From: Camelus dromedarius
Taxonomy: Eukaryota
DNA: 64,000 nt
Reading direction: 5' to 3'
NCBI RefSeq assembly: GCF_036321535.1
Contig: NC_087437.1
Location: 30,692,001 to 30,756,000 of the forward strand
Shown: positions 13,877 to 27,699 of the stretch, one piece after another
Numbering within the stretch: the stretch's first letter is position 1
How the letters are laid out: every line of letters starts with the position of its first letter
Position numbers and translations under genes: made by a program
The notes under the pieces: generated by a model
What the model was told of the DNA's origin: nothing
Database searches by the model: none
What the model saw: only the letters and a program-made list of their open reading frames with translations

Positions 13877-13936
13877 ATATCTTTCTGAATCTGAAGACAC
13901 CTGTCTAAACCTTAAGACATCTTTCTAAACCTTAAG
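13877..13936. repeat. 3 x 20-bp degenerate tandem repeat
   Basis: atatctttctgaatctgaag / acacctgtctaaaccttaag / acatctttctaaaccttaag. Confidence 0.75.
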
Positions 13937-14604
13937 ATTGGGGGCTTTGTACATTTCTAAATATACCTAATTATTAAGTTGGCTAAAGAGAGGCAGAGCA
14001 CAAGTTAGGTATTGAAATGGGGACCATAATGGCTCTGCAGTAAGTATAAATTTCTCTTTCTACAACTACTCAAGCCCCACAGCAGGTGCAGCTCTTGGAA
14101 TACATTCTTAAAACTGATTTTCATTCTAAAACATAAACCACATACACCAAAAAACTTTTTAAGATTATTCCACTGGCACTGAGATTTATTTTTTTTAGTT
14201 AAAATTTTTGAGAATTCAAGTCAATGTTTCCTATAAGCTGTCTTTATAGATTTGTTTTTAGATTTAAATAGTCAGAAATGTTATACTGCCTTGTATTTCT
14301 ATTTGTATAGTAAGCTCACATATTCCCTAACTATGACTGACACATTCTGTGGTCAAATTTGGGGGCAGTTTTGATTATCATCAAAACTCAAACTTAGGGC
14401 ACCTGAAAATTCACACTAAACCCTCAAAAAACAAACCTAACTGCTTTTCCAGCCAAGAAGTTATTAAACACTATTAGCCAAAAATCTTAATAAAACCACT
14501 CATTCTAAAACTCCCCAGCTGCTGAAGGGTGGCATATTAAAAAATGGATCAAGTGTGATTTTTTCCAGTTCCAAGGATAGTTAAAACATTGATAATAAAA
14601 AGAA

Positions 14605-14810
14605 AAGAACAGCTAAACTTTATCAAGCAGTTAATATATACTCACAATACACTATTCACAGAGCTTGACACGCTTCCAGTCATTCAATAATCAAAATAAC
14701 CTTATGCGTAGTACTATCATTATCCCTCTGTCACAGCAGAGGACACCAGGGCATAAACCAAGTAATTTCCCCAAGGTCACACAACCAAGAAGTGGTGGAA
14801 TAGTATTCCA
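14605..14810 (-). mobile_element. MIR SINE
   Basis: tactatcattatccct...aagtaatttccccaaggtcacacaac, the reverse MIR core. Confidence 0.7.
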
Positions 14811-16194
14811 GCATCCACATCAAACTATTTTCCAAGGCCCACACATTACCTTGGGTTAAAAATCACTGCATTCTTTAAGTACAATGAAAGCAGAAAAAAA
14901 AAAAAATCAGAGTAAACTGCAGATTCTTCCATGCTGCCCCCACCATCACTTCCATTTAAAGAAGCCTAAGGGACTCCACTCTGCGGCAGTTTCTATAGCC
15001 AACTTTTAACAGACACCTTTAAAAAGACAAATATAAGAACAAGTGGCATTCCCAAGACTTCATGTATTAAAATAACGTTCAGTAGAACACTCCTGTGGCA
15101 TCCAGAGATGAAGTACATTTCCCAGTTAAGGATCACAGAAAGCACCCCGTCTCCAAAGCCAGGAGATCATTAGCAGATCACAGAGTTCTTCTGGGGACAT
15201 GACCTGGGCTCTTCAAGGAGGGCTCACACTCTTAACTCCGTCATGCAAACCAGTGACAGTTACACAGCAAACAGCCAAAGTGTCAAAGAAATCAAACAAG
15301 TATGATCAGCTGTTTGGATTTTCCCCATTAGTATTATTGTTCCTTTTAGAGTTACAAGTGTTCCTTTATCAATGGTCTATATTCACATGGAAACAGATGC
15401 CAAAAAAAAATTTTTTTTAGTATATGAGAATATCCTTCCACTAACTTAGATTTTTCTACAGTTTGCGTAGTAGGGGTTGTGGGGAAGCCTCCATTAACCA
15501 AATTTTAACTAACTAACCTGAGTTTAGCTCACCAAATTCTGTTTTATGGAACTATGGTTTAAGAATCAGTGATCTAAAGCCCTTCTTATTTCTCGTGATT
15601 AATCTAACAATTTATCCTGCATAGTTGTCTGCCATGCTACCTAGTAGAAAATTTTGCCTTTTCCCTCATCTCTTCTAGACTTAGATTTATGTTTGGGCTT
15701 TTTAAATAAGCAGGGAATTAGAACAAAATGTAGAACTAAGACCAAACATTCCTATTGTCTGGTTCAGGGAGATAAGGCTTTAGGCAAACAAGCAAATAAA
15801 GCCATGATAATTAGCTAACCCAATTATAAAATACAGAATAGAAAGTACAAGTATTCTCTGTCCATTTTGGATGATGTCAGGCACTTGACTGGACAGTGGC
15901 AGAAAATTCACATAGATAGCTGGTCATATACAGGAACTTTATTTGAATGTCTATGGGTATATTAGGAAAGCAAATTCTGCTGGTAAAATGGTTCTCAAAC
16001 ATTGGGACCCTAGAAATCATCTCATCCATGAAAATATACATTTTGGCTTTGTTTTGTTAGGTATTTTTCTAAAAATAATAGCCACTGTGATCAGAAACAC
16101 ATATGCAAATTGTTTGTTATTGAAAACAAGTGGGTTTAATAATACACAATCAACCTATACAAGAAGCAAAAGAACATGAGTTTTTTTTAACCTC

Positions 16195-16723
16195 AGGCAG
16201 ACACTGCTCATTGCCTGTACAGGTACACTTTGGCCATGTGCCTAGCTTAAAAATATTTCCCAGCCTCCTCTGCACATATGGGCAGTCATGTGACTAATTT
16301 TGGTCCATGTGATCTAAGTGCAAGCTCACAAGTGAATTTCTATGAAAAGTACTCTACAAGGGAACTAATTCAGTTAACAGGTGTCCTTTCATTCTTGATT
16401 CTCCCTGCTATCTGGGTGTAGATTACGATGGCTGGAACTGCAGCAGCCATCTTATAACCACGAGGCTTCCCTAAATAAGTAACTTAGCTCCTCCCCTTCT
16501 CCCTTACTCTTTCTTCCTAATATTACACAGTGTAATAATTACAAAAGTCTTAACAATGTAGAGAAAATAAAAGAAACCTGAAATCTGGAAGGGCATAGAA
16601 TTGCCACAATAATCCTGGACTGACTACCCTTAAGATTTTTACATGTAGGAAAGTGAATTCTTGTTTAAGGTTCTGTTATTTAGATTTCATGTTCTTTCCC
16701 TGAACTTACTTCCAAAACAATAC
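16195..16723 (+). mobile_element. MaLR LTR (MLT1J/I-like)
   Basis: atttcccagcctcctctgca...catgtgactaattttggtcc...gatggctggaactgcagcagccatctt. Confidence 0.65.
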
Positions 16724-16724
16724 C

Positions 16725-17198
16725 TGTGGGAGCCATCCTCCAAGACAGCACACCCAGCCAGATAGCCTTGACTCCTGGTATCTTCGTACAGTCTCCTCCT
16801 ACGTTGAATGCGGCAATCTATAGCACATGGCAAGTGACCTGTGATTTCCAAAGCTAAATCCTAAAAGGCCTCACAGCTTCCAACTTGGTTTCTTGGATCA
16901 TTCCACTCTGACGTTAACCAGACACCACAACATAAGGAAATTCAAGCAGCCCTGTGGTGATGCCCACGTGAAGAGAAACTGAGGTCTCCCACCAGCAACA
17001 ACTTGAGAACCATTACGAGTAAGCCACCTTGAAAGTAGATGCTCCCACCCTAGTCAAACCTTCAGATGACTGCATCCTCCTGAGACACCCCAAGCCAGAA
17101 CCAGACATTCCTGATTTCCCAACTCAAAGAAGTTATGAAAGGTAATAAGTGGTTATTCATTTGCAGGTAATTTGTTATTGGCAATGGATAATAAATTG
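16725..17198 (+). mobile_element. MaLR LTR (MLT1F-like)
   Basis: caagcagccctgtgg...cccacgtgaagagaaactgagg...agtcaaaccttcagatgactgca...ggtaatttgttattggcaatggataa. Confidence 0.8.
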
Positions 17199-17300
17199 TC
17201 TGTATGTCTGTTGGCATTAATCCTCCAGAATGTCTTGACATTGTAATGTAGCTCCCATGAAATTAATCTTGAACTACTCAAAATTATTCTATTAGTTGCA

Positions 17301-17485
17301 CAGTTGTCATTCAGTATCCACGGGGCACTGGTTCCAAGACCTCTGGTGGATACCAAAAAACACAGATGCTCAAGTCCCTTATTTGTAAAATGGTATAGTG
17401 CAGTCAGCCCCCTTTATCAGTGGGTTTCATGCCTACAGATTCAAACAAACCTGAATCAAATTCCATGGATATGAAGGGCCTACTG
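17301..17485. mobile_element. Tigger-family MITE (MER2-like)
   Basis: Left end cagttgtcattcagtatccacgggg..ctggttcca and right end ccatggatatgaagggcctactg form imperfect terminal inverted repeats. Confidence 0.75.
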
Positions 17486-18300
17486 CATTCTGCATTACCA
17501 TGTAATTAGACCTGCCAACATGATCCCTGGTAGCCTATAATCATATCTAGTTCTGCCATCATTGTATTTCCCCAATGTATACAACAGAACTTGGCATGCT
17601 CAGTAAGTATTTGTTGAATAAATGAACAAATAAATATATCACTGAAGAATAAAGAAATAAGCTGCAGTCAGGTACTAAGGTTTACTTAGTTGAGTGTTTT
17701 TTTTTCTTCCTTTTTTGTTGGCTGGTCCCGCCTGACCAATGGCATGTTATAACATGGAAAAGCCTGCCTAGTCCCTGATTGTTATTAGGCCCAGAAAAGA
17801 AAATTAACTTGAAAACACATCCTGAATTGGTTTCCACTGTTGGATTATCAGCTTTTTATTTTGAATTCCAAATTAAAACCAGAGTCACTGGAATGAAGAG
17901 TCAGTGACGTTACCGGATAGGCAAGACAGATAGGTATAATCACAGACGTAGCACCTTGACCTTGTAACACAGAAGGGGACAAACACAAAACTAGGGAAAG
18001 ATGAAGGGATGTGGAGGGTGGGGTTACATGGTCCCACTCTCCAAAGTCACAGCCCTCACCACTCTCTGTGATCTCTGGGGCCTAGAGCTATTTAATCCCC
18101 AATTTAAGAAATACTTGAAGTGAACTTATTAAGTCTAAAAGTACTAATTCCAAAACAAATAAAATAAAACAATTTTTTGAAGGAGGAGAAGGAGAAGAAT
18201 TTCCAAGAAGGGAAGTTCAAATCTTGATTTTATGCTAAATCATGTTTATTTTTCTTTTATACTTCCAGTTACTATCTCTGGATCAGAAGAAAGGAAAATA

Positions 18301-18521
18301 CAGTCCCTCAGTGTCCACTGGGGATTGGTTCCAGGACTCGCAGTGGAAAACAAAGTGTTCAGATGTTCAAGTCCCACAGTTGGCCAACTCTCTGTATTTG
18401 TGGTTCTGTATCCACAGAATCAACCAACTGAGGATCATATAGTACTATAGTATTTATTTTTAAAAATCTGTGTACAAGTCGACCCATGCAGTTCAAACTC
18501 ATGTTGTTCAAGGATCAACTG
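18301..18521. mobile_element. Tigger-family MITE (MER8-like)
   Basis: TA|cagtccctcagtgtccactggggattggttccagga ... gttcaaactcatgttgttcaaggatcaactg|TA, with TA target duplication at both ends. Confidence 0.85.
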
Positions 18522-18993
18522 TATTCACTTCCTAATATTCCCCTCTTCTGTTGCTAGGACAGGCTGCTCTTTTAAAAACCAAACCCAAGCCAGTATGATG
18601 GAAGTGACATCCAGCCAAGGACACTCTTATAAAAAGTTTCTGTCTGAATAGGGACTGTCAAACAAGAGGATAAGGCAAAATTCCTTTTTCACTTAGCAAG
18701 GGACAGCTACGTCAACAGTACACAGCCCTAGACTCTAAAGGAAAGTGACAAAAAAAGAATACTTTTTATTGACATGGCACTTCATCATTTTCAAAAGCCC
18801 TTCTTCCTACATGATCTCACCTATTTCCCACAACAACCCTATGAGACATAATGGGGAGGAAATATTGAGACTTCTTCCCTAAAGCCCAAATCTGTACGTC
18901 CAACTGCTCCTGGACATCTCTATCCAGATAGTCAAGTACCCCAGACCACTTCCAACTCAACAAGTGCAAAACCAAACCCTCCATCACCCCCAC

Positions 18994-19570
18994 TGTTTTA
19001 AGAGTACCTGGGAATTGTTTTAAAATCCCAGTATGTATGGCAAAACACACAGATACGGAAATGACTGTCATGCAAGAATACGTTCCGTATCCTCTCAGCT
19101 CCCTAGAAATGGAGGCACTGCAATGGGCCACACAGGGAAGCACTGGGGTCAGGCAGGAGGCAGAGGAAGAGGGGGGCTGGGGGTGAGGGTGAAATGTGGG
19201 CAAGAGCCTTTATTGTGGTTTCCAGGGGAAGGATCAGGTGAGGCATGGTAAATGAGCTTAGGGTTCCCTAGTTTAAATAATCGTAGCAGGCTGTGGGGCT
19301 TTAGGAGCTATCCCTAGTTGTCTGGTACCTGCATGTTAGGTAATTAGGGCAGGTGAACAGTGACCTGGGGATAAGAGACTATGATAAAGGAGGTGGCTGG
19401 GGGTGAGAACTCCAGATTGGTTGGTTTGTGTATATGAAAAATATGCCCACAGGTGAGTTATTTATCTCTAGGAATGAGCTAACCCTTGGTAGGGTGATAC
19501 CCCAGAGTCAGTGAGGTCCCAGAGGTGAAAGCATCAGAATACAGAAAATGAAAAAAAAGTGGTTAAAACA
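18994..19570 (-). mobile_element. ERVL solo LTR (MER74A-like) interrupting an L2
   Basis: The reverse strand starts tgttttaacc...ttttctgtattctgatgcttt and contains gtaccagacaactagggatagc and ggaaaccacaataaaggctcttgcccaca. L2 text lies on both sides (about 18870-18993 and 19571-19900). Confidence 0.8.
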
Positions 19571-20309
19571 TCTACCTACACATCTTCCCCTGTCCTGGTT
19601 TCAGTCTCATGAGTGGGTGACATCACCAACTACCCACTGGCCCAAGCCAGACACCTTCCTACTACTGACTCCTCCAGTCTCCTACACCACACACCTTCCC
19701 TTCTCCTTCCTGGGTACCTCCCCTCTGTCCCCTCACTGCTCAGCCCTTCATCTCTAATTTGGGCTGTCACACCCTACCTTTTAAATGATATCCTGGGAGC
19801 GAGTCAGTGTCATGGTCCTACCCCTGCCCCACTCCTCAGCACTGACAATGGTCATCTTTTTAATGCGCAGCTCTAATCACCTAACTCCCATGCTCAAATC
19901 CTATAAAGACTTTTATCTTAAAAGTATGTAAAACTGTACCCTCAACTCCACAGTAAGAGTCCCTCAAAATTCCTTGAGTAAAACGAGCCTTCTGGGAATA
20001 GCCCCTTTTATCCTGACACTCGTCCAAATGACCCACAGGGTAAGGTCACCACAGTTTGGAAAACACAGGCCTAAGCAGAGAACATCAATCAAGGCGTTCC
20101 TGGAGCAGCCTCCTACCCCGCCAGCCTCATTTCCTGCACAGCCTCCCTCCTGCCCCAAGTTCACGCCCCTACACGTCACTAACTTTGAAAACTGTAAACC
20201 CTGAACACATTGTGCCTCTGACAGTCTTTGACCCAGTTCTGCAGGGCTGGCTCTTGATAAAATAGTTCAATGAAGCAATGGAGTCCAGGACACATTACCA
20301 CACATACCT

Positions 20310-20430
20310 GTGGTGGTTTAAGCTATATCCACAAATTCTTTGACACTCCCTTCACGGAGAGATCAAGTCCGCTTCCCCAGCTCTTGGATATGGCCTAGGC
20401 TTAGCGACTCACGTCTGCTCAATAGAAGGA
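20310..20430 (+). mobile_element. MLT1 LTR 5' fragment
   Basis: tgtggtggttt...cacaaattctttgacactccc...ggcttagcgactcac...aatagaa. Confidence 0.6.
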
Positions 20431-21979
20431 AACACCAGAACAAATACCGACGTGGAGCCAAGACTCCTTGCAGCTGTGCCAAGTTACCCATCACCTTCAT
20501 TCTTGGTTTCCAACGCTTCCCACAGAGTGAACCAATTTTATATCAATGCTGTATCATGCAGGGCCAACTTCAGTTGCTTTTCCCTATCCAGCAGGCTGAA
20601 GATGTAGAAGCTTAGCTAATAAAAAATGTATGTATTCTTAACCTGAGAGTCAATAAAGAAAATGAATGTGCTCTCCCATCCAGCATAACAACAAGCATTT
20701 GTGCTCCTAACAATTTAAATAACTCCCTACATACACTTTAACAGTCCCAGGATAAAAGATGCTTGACGGCTTCATTCAAAGGTACTCTAACAACAATGTT
20801 CCTGGAAACAGCACTATCAGCCAAGGCAATTTCCTAAACCTCTGTCTCCCAAACTTGCAGAATCTTTTAGCTAGATCAAAGAACATTATTAACAGGAAAC
20901 TGCATTTTCTTTGCAGAACAACAAAGCAGCCAATTTAGGAGATCCGAGAGAAAAAAAAAAAAAGATGTACATTGAGCTTTAGGGAAGAACACAGAATACA
21001 AAGGTTCCTGGTAAAGCAAGACCCACACAATCTTTGACATGGAAAAGGTCAAACCAGCAAACACTTAAATTTATCCCATGCCCTCACTCTAAAACTTAAT
21101 CAGAACTTCAAATGCTTTAAAAATCAAGAAAAAATTTAAAACCCCAGAGGCGAGAGGAAAGAAATGATTGTGTGAAGAGTAAACATTAATTCTTTTAGTC
21201 ACTCACCAAGTGGCCTTAAGCATTTAATGGAATATCTAACCCAGTACTAAGAATTTCTGAGCCTCTGTCAGAAGTAGCATCTTAAATATGGGGCACTTAA
21301 CCTGTTCTCTTCCATTGCCTTAATATAGTCAGTCCTCACCATATGTAGCAGAGACATTTTGGCAGGGTTCTTAGAAAGAGCAATTTGTGTCCTCAACCTG
21401 CCGAGTTTACACAAAGGCAGTAAGAAAGAGGACTCTGTACGTGTTTTCAAACCGACAGCTCTGAAGGCTTGAAAATTTGACTCATTGGTCAAATGAGAGA
21501 AAAAGCCTAATTTAATGATACAGCCATCTAAAAATCCCCTCGCCCTGGGAGTAGAGACAGCTCTGCTACATTAGCCCGGGAGACTGTATCCAGAGAGTCA
21601 CAGCTCGGGAATTTAAACTCTTCCCCAACCCCAGGGGCCAAGGGTGGTGCTGTTGGAGATTTCCTGGTACCCAACTTCAGTCTTACATTCATCAAGTTGG
21701 AATAAAAAACAAAGAAACCAACAAACACAGGCAGCACCACCATGAGATGCTGGTACCTGGAAAGGGAAAACAAGTCCCTAAAAGGCAGCTTAAGAGCAGG
21801 TGGGACAATTCACAGCCTAGGTATGTTTATGGGTGTCTGGTTTTGGTACATTTCCCAGAAAAAGGAGGCTTCTCCTTCACAAAGTGTACCGCCCCGACTT
21901 GGTGAATGTCAGCTTCCAACAGGGAAAAAGGCCTGGTCACATTTTCAATTTCCCCAAATGCCCCAATTACTTATGTAGC

Positions 21980-22560
21980 CATCCATTTTATCTTTCAGCA
22001 AATAAATAGTTTCTACTCTGTACAAGATGTATTTCGAGGTACTAAGGGTGTAATAATGAACATGACAGAAAAAGTGAAGAGTAATTGACAATACCCAACA
22101 AATTAGACAACACATCATTTCATAATATCTGTCCAACATGCTGTAAAAAGAGCAGGACACAAAGAGAAAGCACATGACAGAGGACCTGACGTAGTCTAGG
22201 CTGACAGGGGAGGCTTCTCAGTGGAGGTGGCTTTTCATCTGAGCTCAGACTGAGCAGCAGTTAGACAGGGAAAAGGTGGGAGGGAAAAGCCCATTACAGG
22301 GACGGACACGTGCAGGAGCACTGGGACAATGCAGTGGGACGGGACACAGGGCAGACCTCGTAGGGTCTCTTGGGCCACACACTAAGGATCTTGGTCTTTG
22401 TAATCAGAGAAACACAAGTCCACCCATAGCTTTTAAGCTGGGAGGTAACATGACAAGATTCATCCTTCCTAAAGAACAGCCTGGTGGTGATTTAGAGGAT
22501 GCTGTGGGAGGACAAGAGTGGGGCTGAGAGGACAGTTGAAGAAATACAGCCACACAAGGG
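21980..22560 (-). mobile_element. L2 3' region
   Basis: gaggacctgacgtagtctagg...ggaggcttctcagtggaggtggc...tctgag...gcttttaagctgggaggtaacatgacaagatt. Confidence 0.65.
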
Positions 22561-23639
22561 GTCACAAGCGGAGCTGAGCTGGGTGTGCTCATAATTTGGA
22601 GTCTTCAGGTATTTGTTTGACATGGATTTAGAGACATGTCTGTAAGTGCTGGAGGAAAGTGAGGCCAAGAAATTTCACCAGAGACCTAAGGAATTGTCTG
22701 GGCCCCCAAACACCACCCTGATCAACAGAACAAACCCTGCCACTCAGCAGACCTTGTCCTCCCTACAAGGAGGCCAGGGACCATCAGAGGAGTGCATACC
22801 CAGCAGGCAGGGCCAGCACATGTGGTGCGCTGGCTGTGCAGACCACAAGTAGCACAGTGCACACCCTACGCAACAGTACAGAGCAACCCTGCTGTGGAGG
22901 TACGGGGAACAGCGGTCTCACTTCCTACCCCCTAATGACTTCCAACCAGTTTTCTCCATCATATTTCTAGTCATTTTATCACTCCCTTATCACATAGCTT
23001 CCCAGCTGACCCATCTTTAATCTTTGATTTGGACTAGGATGGTTATAGTGGGAATGGAAGGAAAGAGAACAATTCCAAGTCTATTGAGAAGTAGAATTAA
23101 CAAGACTCAGTGAATGTGTGATCTAGGGAAGCATGGGAGGGGAGAGACACTTTTACAACTTCCTGTTCCTGGTCTTCCTCAAACAGCTCCTTACTAGCCA
23201 AAAAATCAAAAAACAAAAATTATCCCATGACTAGTAACCATATGTACAGAACCCTTTATAACATACCAGTTTACTTTCATTGTATCACGTGACTATCACA
23301 GCAGCCCTGTGAGATGTGACAGGCATTTCATCCTCGTTTCAAAAGTGAAACTCACCAAAGGTCACACTATCAGGGTACAGCACGAGAAAACCCAAACCAA
23401 GAACTTCTGCCTCAAAATCCATGCTCTTGTTACTAAAATCCATTGCCCGTCAGTGATGCGATAATCTAAGGGCGTCCCAGACAAGCACTCAGTGGCTTCT
23501 GCTGTCTCGGAGAGCCGGCCAGAGGAGCTAACCTACAGCGGGTCCTGCTTCGGCCAGGGGAATGGAGGCCTCACAGATCAAATGTCATTGGGAGCCTGGA
23601 ATTAGCCTCAAGCCGCCAAACTGGAATTTTCTTTGAAAA

Positions 23640-24520
23640 TAAAGACAAGGCAAAACACACCATCAACAAAGTCAGAATTTAAAAGAAAATGAGTAAATAT
23701 ATTTTCAACATATGTGACGGATACTGCATCTGCCTCATAGCCAATGAGCTATTACGAGTCAGTAAGAAAAAGATAAACCAACATAAAAATGGTTATAGAC
23801 AATATATAGAAGAGGAAATTACCAATAAACACGAAAAAAGGCTCAACAATGCTAATGATTCCAGAAATGCACAGTAAAACAGGGATATTCCACTGCTGGC
23901 TGGATTTAAAGGGCTGATATTATCCAGTGTTGGCTAGAGTGTAGGTAAGCAGACAGTCCCATAGACTGGGGAAATTAAGCCACATCTAAAAATGTTCCTA
24001 TTCTTTAAGCCTGCAAATTCAAAGCTTGGAGTTTACACACTGCACAAAGACACAAAGGCATATATAAATGAATATTTGTCATAGGATGACTTCCAAGAGC
24101 AAATAAGTTGAACATCCATCAACAGAGAACCAGATTTTTAAAATATGGTACAGCCATCATTTTGAGAAATGTTAAAAAGAATGAGGCAGATGTGTATTTA
24201 ATGACATGAATATGTGTGTTTTGTGTGTACAGAGAGAAGGGAGTAAAACAAAACCAATTAATCAAGCAGAATGTATAAGATCATACATTTTTATTTTTAC
24301 GATGAAGTATGTTTGCAGGTGCACAAGTAAATTTGGGAAAGACATACACAAAACTGTCAATTGTGAATACCTACAAAGGATGGAACAGCCAGTGGGGAGC
24401 AGAGATGGATAGCTCAAAAAAGGACTTTTACATTCTATTTCATATACCTCTGTATCATTAAATTTCCCAGTGATAAGCTTATATTAATTTTTTAAATTGA
24501 TAAGAATATCTTAATATGAA
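23640..24520 (+). mobile_element. Ancient L1ME 3' region
   Basis: Degenerate L1 ORF2-end and 3'UTR text: ccaataaacacgaaaaaaggctcaac, ccagtgttggctagagtgtagg, aaatatggtacagccat. Confidence 0.6.
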
Positions 24521-25469
24521 AAAAACTCTCAAGTTCAATGTCCTTCAATGAGTTAACTAATATTGAGTAAATATCCTCCATTCTTTTTTCCCATTACTTC
24601 TGGATCACCTTGTTTCAAAATGATATTACTTACCAGCTGATCCCACATGAAATATTAATAAAAGAAATCCCTGCTTCCTTCTTCCACTTTAATCAATAGG
24701 CAGATTAGTTGTTCCAATTATCTTCTCTGAAGTGCTGTTTCTAAATCATTTCTCAGAAATGATCAAGTCTCAGCTAAGATAAACTAATAGGAAACCTGCG
24801 TGTCTATCTCTTGGCCTCCATTCTTCAAGTCTCAACTCCCTAGGCTTCCCTCCCTCCAGGAATCTCTAAAAATATGTAAGTTATGCCTTCAAGCCTTTGG
24901 ACCCATGCAGTTAACCATGCAGAACACGCTTATTAATTTGACTTTCTCAGCGAACATAATGATCAGATCACTCTAAATGAGCAGGAGGACAGAGCAAAGT
25001 CCAAGTAGGATGTCTGCATTTATTTGACTTTACATCTAACCCTCCATCTCATTTTTCCAAGCATTCCTGGAGCGTTTGGTCAATGAAAGCCAGTTAACTT
25101 TAATCACTCATGCCGCTCTAGCCCTCAAACAGCTATAACATTTATAAAGCACAACGTTAAACTTCTCACATGTGGTCCTTTATAGCTTGCTAATAATCTA
25201 CATTCACACAGCATCATTTATCTAATGCACACAAAGCAGCCAGCATGGCAGATGGCTACCTCAGACTGTTATCTACTAGTTCTGTAGAGTCAGTAGGACA
25301 AATCCACACTCAGCCATGGGAGATTAACATTTCCCTTCAGATCAGCAAAGGGAGAGTTTTGGTTTTTGTTTGGGACCCTCTGGAACACATTCACATTTTC
25401 TGAGTCCCCTCTGAACCTAGCACTACATCTTCAAGATCACTTATTCACCAAGCATTTAGAAGAAGCTGC

Positions 25470-27230
25470 TATCTACCATTTACAGAGTGATTACATGCAG
25501 GAAGATCTTTAAGTACTTTATCCCATTTACTTCTCCTCACTGCTGCTTTCAAACCATGCTCCCTCCCACAAAACTAAAGCACACACCTCCACTTACAACA
25601 CCTGCCACCTCGCCTCACTGTAGTCAGTCACATACCACCTGTTCAGGCACCCGCTCTTTCACTGACGATTTCTGCACCAAGCTCCTCTTCTACTCCTGTC
25701 ATCATTCCTGGTGACACTGACTTAACATTGGCAAGAACAAAACACAGGAACAAGGATTATTTTTAAAGTTATGTCCTCAGTCTTCAAATGTGCCCTCCTT
25801 AGTTCATCCCACCATGCTCCAAAGTGACTTCTCTATAACTCTTCTTTTGAAATCTCCAATATCCTTCCCACTCTCAGCTGATAACTTTGTTTCTAATTTC
25901 ACCAATAGGAGACACAGGCAGAGAAATTACTCGTTCCATCCACCATCCTTATCTTTATTATGTCCACAGCATTGCTTCTATCTCCTGCATCATCAATTTG
26001 TTTTCTCTCTACTAGATGAAACGTAATAGTTTTCAAATGTGCTATAAAAAAGTCCCTTAAAAATTCAACCCCTTGACCCCACATCCATCTCTAGTGACCA
26101 CCCCATGTCTCTATATTATAATCTTTAGGGAAAAACTCCTCGAAAACAACTGTCTTTCTCTTTCCACTTCTTCCCTCCTACTCTCTCCTAAATCCATTCC
26201 AACCAGCCTTCTCTCTCTATCACTCCACTGAAACCATGCTAATCAAGCATGCCCATGACCTCCATGTTACCAAATCCAATGGCCATTTCTTAATATTCAT
26301 TGTATTTAACTCTGCAGTAGCATTTGATCCAGCTGACTACACCCTTCTCCTTGAAAGTATTCCCCTGACTCCCCATGGCTCCTACGACACCATATTCTCC
26401 CGATGTTTCTCATATCATAGTGGCCAGTCTTCCTTGGTTTCTTTTGTTTGGTTCCTCCTTTCCCTGAGCATTAAATCTGGAGAAACCCATGACTCAGTCT
26501 GTGACCTTCTTTCACTCATTCCTTAGAGAGCTTAGCAAGTTACTACGATTTTAAATATGCTGATTTCAAAAATGTCTACCTACAAAGCTATGACCTCTCA
26601 CCTGAATTGAGTCTTCAAAATTGAGTATTCAAAGTGCCTGTCAACATATACACCACTCATCTAATACACATCAATCTTAACACGTCCAGAGAAGAATTAT
26701 TGACACCTACCACCACCACCACCACAACCTATTCTTCAGTCATGTCTTTCCATCTCAGAAAATGGCAGCACCATCACTCTGTTTATCCTGGACAGTTCTC
26801 TTGCACATCTCACATCCAACCCATCAGGAGGTCCCAGTCAGTAAACCCTTAAGTCTGATCACTTCTCACAGCTGCCCCGTTACCATTCCAGTTCAGTCAC
26901 CATCATCTCATATCATACAATGACACTGCAATTAGTCTCCCAGTTTCTCTTAACTTATGAAGCCCATCTTCTGTGATGCAGCCCAAGAGGTCCCTCTAAA
27001 GAGAACTCTGTCACTCCTCCCTAAAACACCCTCCAATGGCTTCCAGTCACCCTTGGGAAAGAAAAAACCTGAATCCCATGGTCTGACCCGTGGCCACTTC
27101 TCTGGCTCCATGTCCTAGTACTCCTTTAACTCTTATATGGTCACTTTCTCACATCATTCAGGAGTTTACTCAAGTGTCACCTCTTATAAAGGCCTTCTTA
27201 GTTCCTTCTATCTAAAATATCCCCCTTTAG
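25470..27230 (+). mobile_element. L2 LINE with degenerate RT coding remnant
   Basis: The reading frame of ORF 26236-26526, including the upstream STET, reads STETMLIKHAHDLHVTKSNGHFLIFIVFNSAVAFDPADYTLLLE. This resembles the L2 RT (STETAL.KV.NDL..AKSNG.FSVLILLDLSAAFDTVDH). Confidence 0.8.
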
Positions 27231-27489
27231 AGGTCTCCTGTACCACTTTATTGGATCAATCTTGTACTTTCAGAATCTTTGCAGCTTAAAGCAACTCCCT
27301 GAATCTGGATCTGTCCACCTCGTCACCAAAGATGAGCAAATAATACCATGTATAACTCACTCCCAAAGCATAGCTGAGAGTCAGAGTATACAACAAATTT
27401 TGATTTACATATAAGTGATAAGATAAATGACATCATCCAGTATAGCCAGTCCCAGAATGAGACGTCAATTGCATAAAAAAGAGAAGAGC

Positions 27490-27625
27490 GTATGAGGGAT
27501 GTGAGGGTAGGGGAGTATATATGTATAGGTGTGGAGGGCTATATGCGAACTCTGTATTTTCTGTTCAGTTCTGCTGTGAACTTGAAAATGCTCTAAAAGA
27601 ATAAAGTCTATTTAAAAAAAAAAAG
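27490..27625 (+). mobile_element. L1MC-like 3' terminus
   Basis: gaactctgtattttctgttcagttctgctgtgaacttgaaaatgctctaaaagaataaagtctatttaaaaaa. Confidence 0.7.
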
Positions 27626-27699
27626 AGAGAGAAGAGGGTGATAGTAGGGCCCTAGAGATGGTGAAAAACAGACAAAAACCTCTCTCAGAAAGAAACAAC

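Noticed and set aside
13877..13936. CRISPR-like array
   Set aside because: The 20-bp copies are adjacent with no spacers, in a mammalian intron. It is a simple tandem duplication.
26236..26526. 96-aa ORF as a domesticated gene
   Set aside because: It is a degenerate L2 RT remnant with substituted motif residues and no exon context.
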